Shown: piece after piece, positions 25,901 through 37,900 of the stretch
How positions within the stretch are numbered: the first letter of the stretch is position 1
Layout of the letters: each line of letters opens with the position of its first letter
DNA from: Macrostomum lignano
Taxonomy: Eukaryota
Direction of reading: 5' to 3'
DNA: 64,000 bases
Assembly (NCBI GenBank): GCA_002269645.1
Contig: NIVC01001233.1
Coordinates: 76,021-140,020, forward strand
Translations under genes and position numbers: made by a program
The notes under the pieces: generated by a model
What the model saw: only the letters and a program-made list of their open reading frames with translations
Told to the model about the DNA's origin: nothing
Databases searched by the model: none

Positions 25901-28900
25901 CCACCATGTCAAACATTAAAGAGCCACCATGTCAAACATTCAAGAGACACCATGTCGAACATAACAGAGACAACATTTCAAACATTTAAGAGCCACCATG
26001 TCAAACATAAAAGATCTACCATGTCAAACATAAAAGAGCCATCATGTCAAACATAAAAGAGCCACCATGTCAAACATTAAAGAGCCACCATGTTCAACAT
26101 TAAGGAGCCACCATGTCAAACATAAAAGAGCCACCATGTCAAACATTAAAGAGCCACCATGTCAAACATTAAAGAGCCACCATGTCAAACATTAAAGAGC
26201 CACCATGTCAAACATTCAAGATCAGCCATGTCGAACATAAAAGAGCCACCATGTAAAATATAAAAGAGCTACCATGTCAAACATAAAAGAGCCATCATGT
26301 CAAACATAAAAGAGCCATCATGTGAAACATATACGTGACTCAATGTCAAACATTAAAGAGCCACCATGTCAAACATATACGTGACTCCATGTCAAACATT
26401 AAAGAGCCACCATGTCAAACATATATGACTCCATGTCAAACATATATGACTCCATGTCAAACATATATGACTCCATGTCAAACATTAAAAATAAAAAAGA
26501 CACCATGTCACACATAAGGGAGCCACCATATCAAACATAAAAGAGCTACCATGTCAAAACATTATTGAGCCATTATGCCCAATATAAAAAGACACAATTT
26601 CAAATGTAAAAGGGCCGCCATGTCAAACATAGAAGAGCCACCATGTCAAACATAGAAGAGCCACCATGTCAAACAACTAAGCCACCATGTCAAACATAAC
26701 AGAGACACCATTTCAAACGTAAAAGGGCCGCCATGGCAAACATAGAAGAGCCACCATGTCAAACATTAAAGAGCTACCATGTCAAACACAAAAGGGCCAC
26801 CACGTCCAACATTAAAGAGCTATCATGTCAAACACAAAAGAGCTACCATGTCAAACATTAAAAAGCCACTTTTTTAAACAAAAAAGAGACACCATTTCAA
26901 ACATAAAAGAAGTGTCATGCCAAACAAAATGAAACCATTATAAAGCTAAGGAAATTGTTGCACTAGCTACTTGTTCTCTGGTGGATGCTTGCTATTTAAG
27001 GATGGATACTTGCTATCAGGGGGATGCTTGCTCTTGGGGGTGGAGAGTACTTGCTATCTGAGAGGGGGTTGCTAGATATCTATAAGGTATCTTTGTATCC
27101 AGGTTATGCTTGCTATCAGGGGTTGCTTGCTGTCTGGGGGATGCTTGCTATCTGGGGGGGGGGATGCTTGCTATCTAGGGGATGCTTGCTATCTGCGGGA
27201 TGCTTGCTATCTGGGGGATGCTTGCTATCTGCGGGATGCTTGCTATCTGAGGGACGCTTGCTATCTGGGGTCTGGGGGAATGCTTGCTATCTGGGGATGC
27301 TTGCGATCTGGGGGATGCTTGCTATCTGAGGAATGCTTGCTATCTGGGGGATGCTTGCTATCTGCGGGATGCTTGCTATCTGGGGGATGCTTGCTATCTG
27401 GGGTCTGGGGAATGCTTGCTATCGGGGGATGCTTGCAGTCTGGGGGATGCTTGCTATCTGGGGATGCTTGCCATCTGGGGGACGCTTGCTATCTGGGGTC
27501 TGGGGGAATGCTTGCTATCTGGGGATGCTTGCGATCTGGGGGATGCTTGCTATCTGAGGAATGCTTGCTATCTGGGGGATGCTTGCTATCTGCGGGATGC
27601 TTGCTATCTGGGGGATGCTTGCTATCTGGGGTCTGGGGGAATGCTTGCTATCGGGGGGATGCTTGCAGTCTGGGGGATGCTTGCTATCTGGGGATGCTTG
27701 CTATCTGGGGGATGCTTGCAGTCTGGGGGATGCTTGCTATTTGGGGATCAATGCTTGAATGTTGTCTGAGGATGCTTGCTGTCTTGGGATGTTTTGTTTT
27801 TAAGAGGGAATGTCTGTTGTTTTTTCTGAAGGCTTTATTTCGCTGTCTATTTGTTATTTGTAAAAAACAAGGATTCTATCCAGATGTCCCCCATCGGGGG
27901 GCAAAGATTGCTAGTAGTGTACTAAAGGGGAAATAACTTAAAAATGGCATGCTTTCACTCTTATGTCAGTGATAAATTCCACTGCTCGAGTCAAAACACG
28001 ACCAATGATTATTTATCAATATTTCAAGCACACTTCACGTACTTTCTGTGTTACAGGCACCTTTTAACCTACATTAACCTGTACCTTTCTATTTATATTT
28101 ATATATATATAACACAATTTTGATGCAATCAAGGAGCGGGCTGTTCCGGTTTGGTCAGCACCGGATGCGGAACCGGTTGCTTCCGCTAGTAAGAAGCCGC
28201 AGCAGCGGAAGCTGTCAGACACGCCGAATGCATATTTTGTTGGCGTAGGAATTGTAAGCCTCGGCTATTGCAGCTAAGAACAGACTCCGTTTGCTAGCTA
28301 TTGCCTGTCCACATAACAATAAATATAAGTTTATTAATCTGCGAGTTAACACGGCCAGCCACCACTAATCCGATTATAATGGAGATCAGCATTTTATGAT
28401 GTAACTCAATATGGGTTTGAAGCTTTAACCGCTGGGCTAATCATAGCTGCCGTGGATTTTTTGTGGATTAGGGACAGATTTAGTTTAACTCGCATTTTCG
28501 AGCATTATTATAGTTGTAATCATAGCTGTATAGAGTTTATGCTGTGGGCGTTACTGTGTCACCATAATTTTGATCGTGTTTTTACGCAACAATATGTGAA
28601 AAATTTAACTAAAATAATGCGATCTGTGGGGAGCCTTGCCACACTGGCAAAAATGTCTCCAATTAGAGGTTCAAATTTCTCCAATAACTTGCGCCTAGCA
28701 CTACTTTTTTTGCCGTAGTAGTTATTTTCGATGAAAATAATAAATTAAGGAACTTTTACTCTTCGATTTCAACAGGGCAGTCCAGGCGATGTGTGCCGCC
28801 TGTGCCAGAAGAAAGTCTACCCAATGGAGCAGCTCACCTCTGACGGTCACGTCTACCACAAATCCTGCTACAGGTGCCACAAGTGCAACCGTCTGCTGAG

Positions 28901-31900
28901 GTAAGTTACTACAGACCTGACAGAATGAGTTACAGGTCTGACAGAATGAATTACAGACCTGACAGAATGAGTTAGAGGTCTGACAGAATGAGTTACAGGT
29001 CTGACAGAATGAGTTACAGGTCTGACAGAATGAGTTACAGGTCTGACAGAATGAGTTACAGGTCTGACAGAATGAGTTACAGGTCTGACAGAATGAGTTA
29101 CAGGTCTGACAGAATGAGTTACAGGTCTGACAGAATGAGTTACAGACCTGACAGAATGAGTTACAGGTCTGACAGAATGAGTTACAGGTCTGACAGAATG
29201 AGTTACAGGTCTGACAGAATGAGTTACAGACCTGACAGAATGAGTTAGAGGTCTGACAGAATGAGTTACAGGTCTGACAGAATGAGTTAGGTCTGACAGT
29301 ATTAGTTACAGGCCGAAAAAGTGAGCAGATACGATCAGATCAGCCTGAAATCAATAGAACGAATAGCAGCATGTTTTTCTACCAATCCATCAATCGTCAG
29401 CGTTGGCAACTTTGGCGTCCTTGACAACCAGCTGTACTGCCAGCCGCACTACTTGGAAATTTTCCGCATGCGAGGTGAGCCGGATATCTATCTCTATCAG
29501 TGCAAATTTTAATTTGCTCCAAAACGTCGTAAATAACGTAATTTAAATTTCAGGCCACTACCAGGCTTCGGCGGATCGCCCAGCCGCTGAAATCGTTGGT
29601 AAGTAAAATATGGCTGCTTTTGTCAAAATGATATTACTAGCAGTAGTACTATACGTTTAATTTGCGATTCCACAGGCCGAGACAATCCGGTTGACGACGG
29701 CATCTCGCAGGTGCAGAAGCTCAGCAATCTGAAGTCTCGCTTCGAATCCAGCGGCGACTCTTCGGTAAATTTTCAGCTAATTTTTTTTTCAAAAAAAAAT
29801 TTTTCGAAATTGTTTCAATGTGCCGCAATACTACTGAGTAAATGCATGAGCAACTGCAGTAGAAAGACGCTATACTCGGTTTTCTTGGAAATGTGCTGGA
29901 TGATATTAGTCGTATCGCCAGTGCATTTGGTGTGCTCCACAAAACGCATAGCGCTGTCAAAGACATCAGTAGTGTGTTGCGCACGTAAATGTACAAATTA
30001 CGCAACAGGTAAAAATATAAAAAATTGCTATGACCTTGGTTCAATAGCTTGCCCAAAACACCTGCCGGAAGTTAAGTGCTGATTTAGGGCCGAACAGAAT
30101 AGAATGATTTTAAGAAATCTACTGCAAACCATTGACCGTATCATATCAAAGTGACAGATGCTAGCTCGCAAAATAACCAGATAATTAAAGTTGTGAAAAG
30201 TACAGCCTTTACTTTTTCAGTAGTTTGTCTGCGCAGTGTCACTTATGTGTTTTGTGGCAGCAAAACTTTCCTTCCCTTCCTCGAGGTTTGCGGCCTCAGG
30301 AGCATATAGGGTTAAGAATGAACAAACTCAATGTACGCAATTTAACACGCAACCGCAAGACGGATGAAACTTAGTCTAGGGGGGGGGGCAGGCTCAATCT
30401 AGCTCAGCCAATGAGAGAGGAGTAAAGAGAGACGTCAAAGTCAGACGGACGAAACTCAACCTAGGGGGCAGGCTCAATCTAGCTCAGCCAATGAGAGATC
30501 AGTAAGGAGAGAGATCAAGGTCAGACGGACGAAACTCAGCCTAGGGGGCAGGCCCAATCTAGCTCAGCCAATGACAAAGCAGTAAGGAGAGACGTCAAAG
30601 TCAGACGGACGAAACTCAACCTAGGGGGCAGGCCCAATCTAGCTCAGCCAATGAGAGAGCACTAAAGAGAGACGTCAAAGTCAGACGGACGAAACTCAAC
30701 CTAGGGGGCAGGCCCAATCTAGCTCAGCCAATGAGAGAGCACTAAAGAGAGACGTCAAAGTCAGACGGACGAAACTCAACCTAGGGGGCAGGCCCAATCT
30801 AGCTCAGCCAATGACAAAGCAGTAAGGAGAGAGGTCAAAGTCAGACACAAGCGGGAAAGAGGAAAGCCAAAATTTATCTGCCTCGCTGGGGGCTGGGCGC
30901 CACCTCTTTTCTCGCTCGCTCTTCTCTTGCTCGCACGCACTGGATTTGGATGCAGATTCAAACGGAGTGAAGATACAAATTTAATGGTTCTGCTTGTAAA
31001 AAGCTCGAGTAGATTGTTGCTACTTCAAAAACTTTAAATGTATCGTAAGATTAAATGCTTTTAATTCTACTATATATTAAAAGTAAAAAACGATTATTAT
31101 GCTACTGAAAAAGGAGTAGATAAGCGTAAGTATCTGTGATCAACAAGTTATGTGAGAAAATCGTATTAAATAAATTAATAAATGTACTCATGCTGCTGCA
31201 GCAGCAGAGTCGCCTATTGATTGGCGATGGATCTTCGAGTCCTCGCAGAGCCTCGTCTCCCGCTGCCGCCGCGCCAGCCTCCAAACGCTTCAGCGCTGCC
31301 CCCGCGGCCAACGGCGGCGGCGGCGGCGGCGTTTGGAGCCGCGAGCCTCGTTGGAGTTCGCCAAACGTGGCCGACGTAAAAGTACACATGGAGCACTTTT
31401 TCTATGAAAAAATATTTGCGTAATATAGTATACGCTGGCGCGTCGCATTTTAATCACGAAACTTTTTATCACTAGTAGATAAGGCTAATCGCACTTGTTG
31501 ATCTCAATTATTTCAGATTTCATAATTTCATAAATCAATAAGCATGCATCCAGTTGCTGGCTGGAATTAATTACAAATTTGCGGTCAAGTTGAACCTGTC
31601 AACTGTCCTATTCATCATGCTCGCACTGTACACTACTGATAGTCAATGCCATCAGTAGTGTGTAGCAAAAAATTCATTTATTTTTATTGCTGCTAGAAAA
31701 TATTATTTTCAAACCTAAAAGTACACAAATCCGTCTCATTCAGGTTGTCGTCACCCCGCCCAGCTCTGGTGGCCACCACCCGACACCCGGCAGCCGCAAC
31801 GGTGCCCACTCCGATCCACCAGCCGATGTTGTGCGCAGCGGCGATGCTGTCCCGGCTGAAGGTGAGCTGCCGCCGCCAGGTGCCAGCAAGAGTGTGCTGG

Positions 31901-34900
31901 CCATGTTCCGCAACTTGGAGACGGGCGGCCAGCAACCAGCTAAGGACCAGCAGCAGCAACCAGGCAGACTGAAAGGGGTGAGCGCTCAGGGCATTGAGAT
32001 TGAAGTCATTTTTCAGAAAGACTTAAATCTTTTTATTGAGTAGAATCGTGCCTGTTTATTGAGGTAGACTCAATTCAGTTTACTGGGTAGACTCAATTCA
32101 GTTTACTGAGTAGACTCAATTCAGTTTACTGAGTAGACTCAATTCAGTTTACTGAGTAGACTCAATTCAGTTTACTGAGTAGACTCAATTCAGTTTACTG
32201 AGTAGACTCAATTCAGTTTATTGAGTAGACTCAATTCAGTTTACTGGGTAGACTCAATTCAGTTTACTGAGTAGACTCAATTCAGTTTATTGAGTAGACT
32301 CAATTCAGTTTACTGAGTAGACTCAATTCAGTTTACTGAGTAGACTCAATTCAGTTTATTGAGTAGACTCAATTCATTTTACTGAGTAGACTCAATTCAG
32401 TTTATTGAGTAGACTAAATTCAGTTTACTGAGTAGACTCAATTCAGTTTACTGAGTAGACTCAATTCAGTTTACTGAGTAGACTCAATTCAGTTTACTGA
32501 GTAGACTCAATTCAGTTTATTGAGTAGACTCAATTCAGTTTACTGGGTAGACTCAATTCAGTTTACTGAGTAGACTCAATTCAGTTTACTGAGTAGACTC
32601 AATTCAGTTTACTGGGTAGACTCAATTCAGTTTACTGAGTAGACTCAATTCAGTTTACTGAGTAGACTCAATTCAGTTTACTGAGTAGACTCAATTCAGT
32701 TTATTGAGTAGACTCAATTCAGTTTACTGGGTAGACTCAATTCAGTTTACTGAGTAGACTCAATTCAGTTTACTGAGTAGACTCAATTCAGTTTATTGAG
32801 TAGACTCAATTCAGTTTATTGAGTAGACTCAATTCAGTTTACTGAGTTAGAGTCAATTCAGTTTACTGAGTAGACTCAATTCAGTTTATTGAGTAGACTC
32901 AATTCAGTTTATTGAGTAGACTCAATTCAGTTTATTGAGTAGACTCAATTCAGTTTACTGAGTAGACTCAATTCAGTTTATTGAGTAGACTCAATTCATT
33001 TTACTGAGTAGACTCAATTCAGTTTATTGAGTAGACTAAATTCAGTTTACTGAGTAGACTCAATTCAGTTTACTGAGTTAGAGTCAATTCAGTTTACTGG
33101 GTAGACTCAATTCAGTTTACTGAGTAGACTCAATTCAGTTTACTGAGTAGACTCAATTCAGTTTATTGAGTAGACTCAATTCAGTTTACTGAGTAGACTC
33201 AATTCAGTTTATTGAGTAGACTCAATTCATTTTACTGAGTAGACTCAATTCAGTTTATTGAGTAGACTCAATTCAGTTTATTGAGTAGACTCAATTCAGT
33301 TTACTGGGTAGACTCAATTCAGTTTACTGAGTAGACTCAATTCAGTTTACTGAGTAGACTCAATTCAGTTTATTGAGTAGACTCAATTCAGTTTACTGGG
33401 TAGACTCAATTCAGTTTATTGAGTAGACTCAATTCAGTTTATTGAGTAGACTCAATTCAGTTTACTGAGTAGACTCAATTCAGTTTACTGAGTAGACTCA
33501 ATTCAGTTTATTGAGTAGACTCAATTCAGTTTACTGGGTAGACTCAATTCAGTTTACTGAGTAGACTCAGTTCAGTTTATTGAGTAGACTAAATTCAGTT
33601 TATTGAGTAGACTCAATTCAGTTTACTGAGTAGACTCAATTCAGTTTACTGAGTTAGAGTCAATTCAGTTTACTGAGTAGACTCAATTCAGTTTATTGAG
33701 TGGACTCAATTCAGTTTATTGAGTAGACTCAATTCAGTTTATTGAGTAGACTCAATTCAGTTTATTGAGTAGACTCAATTTAGTTTACTGAGTAGACTCA
33801 ATTCAGTTTATTGAGTAGACTCAATTCATTTTACTGAGTAGACTCAATTCAGTTTATTGAGTAGACTAAATTCAGTTTACTGAGTAGACTCAATTCAGTT
33901 TACTGAGTTAGAGTCAATTCAGTTTACTGGGTAGACTCAATTCAGTTTATTGAGTAGACTCAATTCAGTTTATTGAGTAGACTCAATTCAGTTTATTGAG
34001 TAGACTCAATTCAGTTTACTGAGTAGACTCAATTCAGTTTACTGAGTAGACTCAATTCAGTTTATTGAGGTATACTCAATTCAGTTTATTGAGGTAGACT
34101 CAATTCAGTTTATTGAGTAGACTCAATTCAGTTTACTGAGTAGACTCAATTCAGTTTATTGAGTAGACTCAATTCAGTTTACTGAGTAGACTCAATTCAG
34201 TTTATTGAGTAGACTCAATTCAGTTTATTGAGTAGACTCAATTCAGTTTACTGAGGTAGACTCAATTCAGTTTACTGGGTAGACTCAATTCAGTTTATTG
34301 AGTAGACTCAATTCAGTTTACTGAGTAGACTCAATTCAGTTTATTGAGTAGACTCAATTCAGTTTATTGAGTAGACTCAATTCAGTTTATTGAGTAGACT
34401 CAATTCAGTTTACTGGGTAGACTCAATTCAGTTTACTGAGTAGACTCAATTCAGTTTATTGAGTAGACTCAATTCAGTTTACTGAGTAGACTCAATTCAG
34501 TTTATTGAGTAGACTCAATTCAGTTTATTGAGTAGACTCAATTCAGTTTACTGAGTAGACTCAATTCAGTTTACTGGGTAGACTCAATTCAGTTTACTGA
34601 GTAGACTCAATTCAGTTTATTGAGTAGACTCAATTCAGTTTACTGGGTAGACTCAATTCAGTTTACTGGGTAGACTCAATTCAGTTTACTGAGTAGACTC
34701 AATTCAGTTTACTGAGTAGACTCAATTCAGTTTACTGGGTAGACTCAATTCAGTTTACTGAGTAGACTCAATTCAGTTTACTGAGTAGACTCAATTCAGT
34801 TTATTGAGTAGACTCAATTCAGTTTACTGAGTAGACTCAATTCAGTTTACTGAGTAGACTCAATTCAGTTTATTGAGTAGACTCAATTCAGTTTATTGAG

Positions 34901-37900
34901 TAGACTCAATTCAGTTTATTGAGTAGACTCAATTCAGTTTACTGAGTAGACTCAATTCAGTTTATTGATTAGACTCAATTCAGTTTATTGAGTAGACTCA
35001 ATTCAGTTTACTGAGTAGACTCAATTCAGTTTATTGATTAGACTCAATTCAGTTTATTGAGTAGACTCAATTCAGTTTATTGAGTAGACTCAATTCAGTT
35101 TATTGAGTAGACTCAATTCAGTTTATTGAGTAGACTCAATTCAGTTTACTGAGTAGACTCAATTCAGTTTATTGAGTAGACTCAATTCAGTTTACTGGGT
35201 AGACTCAATTCAGTTTACTGAGTAGACTCAATTCAGTTTATTGATTAGACTCAATTCAGTTTATTGAGTAGACTCAATTCAGTTTACTGAGTAGACTCAA
35301 TTCAGTTTATTGATTAGACTCAATTCAGTTTATTGAGTAGACTCAATTCAGTTTACTGAGTAGACTCAATTCAGTTTATTGATTAGACTCAATTCAGTTT
35401 ATTGAGTAGACTCAATTCAGTTTATTGAGTAGACTCAATTCAGTTTATTGAGTAGACTCAATTCAGTTTACTGAGTAGACTCAATTCAGTTTATTGAGTA
35501 GACTCAATTCAGTTTACTGATTAGACTCAATTCAGTTTATTGAGTAGACTCAATTCAGTTTACTGAGTAGACTCAATTCAGTTTATTGAGTAGACTCAAT
35601 TCAGTTTTTCCAAAAAAAATTCTATCGAAGCTTATCCAGCTGGCTTTGAAAGTTTTACAGGGAAATTTAACAGCTTTTTTGGTTGTGATTTTTGTTGCTT
35701 TTTATTAGTTGTTGGGTTGATTAGATGATAGTCTAATCGCATTAACCAGCTGTTATCATTACTGCTAGTATCCAATCTCACGATTTGATTATTATCAATT
35801 TAAGGCTGAGTGCACTGAAATGCATATCTGACTCATCGTCTAGCCTATGAGTGAATCTGCTGCACTGATCGTATGGGACTCAAGCTCTAGCACTTATTCC
35901 TAATCAGTTTTAGTCATTGAATCTGCCTCTCTGCTCCCATTGAATCTGCCTCTCTGCTCCCATTGAATCTGCTTCTCTGCTCCCATTGAATCTGCCTCTC
36001 TTCTCCCATTGAATCTGCCTCTCTTCTCCCATTGAATCTGCCTCTCTTCTCCCATTGAATCTGCCTCTCTTCTCCCATTGAATCTGCCTCTCTGCTCCCA
36101 TTGAATCTGCCTCTCTGCTCCCATTGAATCTGCCTCTCTGCTCCCATTGAATCTGCCTCTCTGCTCCCATTGAATCTGCCTCTCTGCTCCCATTGAATCT
36201 GCCTCTCTGCTCCCATTGAATCTGCCTCTCTGCTCCCATTGAATCTGCCTCTCTGCTCCCATTGAATCTGCCTCTCTGCTCCCATTGAATCTGCCTCTCT
36301 GCTCCCATTGAATCTGCTTCTCTGCTCCCATTGAATCTGCCTCTCTGCTCCCATTGAATCTGCCTCTCTGCTCCCATTGAATCCGCCTCTCTGCTCCCAT
36401 TGAATCTGCCTCTCTGCTCCCATTGAATCTGCTTCTCTGCTCCCATTGAATCTGCCTCTCTGCTCCCATTGAATCTGCCTCTCTGCTCCCATTGAATCTG
36501 CTTCTCTGCTCCCATTGAATCTGCCTCTCTGCTCCCATTGAATCTGCCTCTCTGCTCCCATTGAATCTGCCTCTATTCTCCCATTGAATCTGCCTCTCTG
36601 CTCCCATTGAATCTGCCTCTCTGCTCCCATTGAATCTGCCTCTCTGCTCCCATTGAATCTGCCTCTCTGCTCCCATTGAATCTGCCTCTCTTCTCCCATT
36701 GAATCTGCTTCTCTGCTCCCATTGAATCTGCTTCTCTGCTCCCATTGAATCTGCCTCTATTCTCCCATTGAATCTGCCTCTCTGCTCCCATTGAATCTGC
36801 CTCTCTGCTCCCATTGAATCTGCCTCTCTGCTCCCATTGAATCTGCCTCTCTGCTCCCATTGAATCCGCCTCTCTGCTCCCATTGAATCTGCCTCTCTGC
36901 TCCCATTGAATCTGCCTCTATTCTCCCATTGAATCTGCCTCTCTGCTCCCATTGAATCCGCCTCTCTGCTCCCATTGAATCTGCCTCTCTGCTCCCATTG
37001 AATCTGCCTCTCTGCTCCCATTGAATCCGCCTCTCTGCTCCCATTGAATCTGCCTCTCTTCCTCTCTGGAGTGTGCCGTTGGTAAATGGATTTCATTCAC
37101 TAGACAGCCAGGCCACTACCCCTATTCGGTAGTACTTTACCAGCTAATAGCGAGCTCATTCAGAGCCATCTGCTTTAGCAGCAGCAGCAGAAAATAGCCA
37201 TTGAAATCTTGCAGCGGCCCAACTCCAATGCCACTTTGGACCGTCGAGCCAGCGTCCCTCTGCAGAAACAGCAGCCCCAGCAGCAGCCATCGTCCTCTTT
37301 GCAAAAGCAGATTTCAGCGGAACAGCATCAGCCGTCGTCAGCTGCTGATGGCATCGTTCGCGAGTCGGACAGCAATGACATCCTGCCGCAGCAGGGCATC
37401 GCCAAGGCTCTGCTGAGCGTCTGGCGAGATAAGGAGCTGCAGAAGCAGCAGACTCAACAGCAGGAGCAGCAATTGCTTCAGAGGAAGCGACAATCTCTTG
37501 CATCATTCGAGCGCTCGCCGTCTTCGTCCTCGCTGTCCTCGGCAGCGGGGGCTCGGCGACAGTCTTCGTACAGCCAGGCGAGCGGGCCGCCGTCTCCCAG
37601 GAGGGCGGAGGTACCGGTGGCAATGTAGAATATCTCAGAGACAAAATCACCCACCCGCAGTTCACTGGGCCACGCTAATCTAATAATTACCCAAATGGAT
37701 TGCTAGTCGGAGCCTTCATCATTTCCTGTTTGAAAACAGCACAAATCCTTGGCTAATTGTTTTACAGTTTGATTTAAATCACGCCTACTAGATTAGCAAT
37801 CCATTCGAGGACAGCTAATGATTGCCAGCCAGTAGAAGCGAATGATTCACAAACACTCAAGTGAACTAGATGCTGCTCAATAATGATTGCAATGCGGTAT

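Noticed and set aside
35900-37100. 398-aa [24 protein letters not shown]
   Set aside because: 23-bp satellite lacking stops on the minus strand in all frames.
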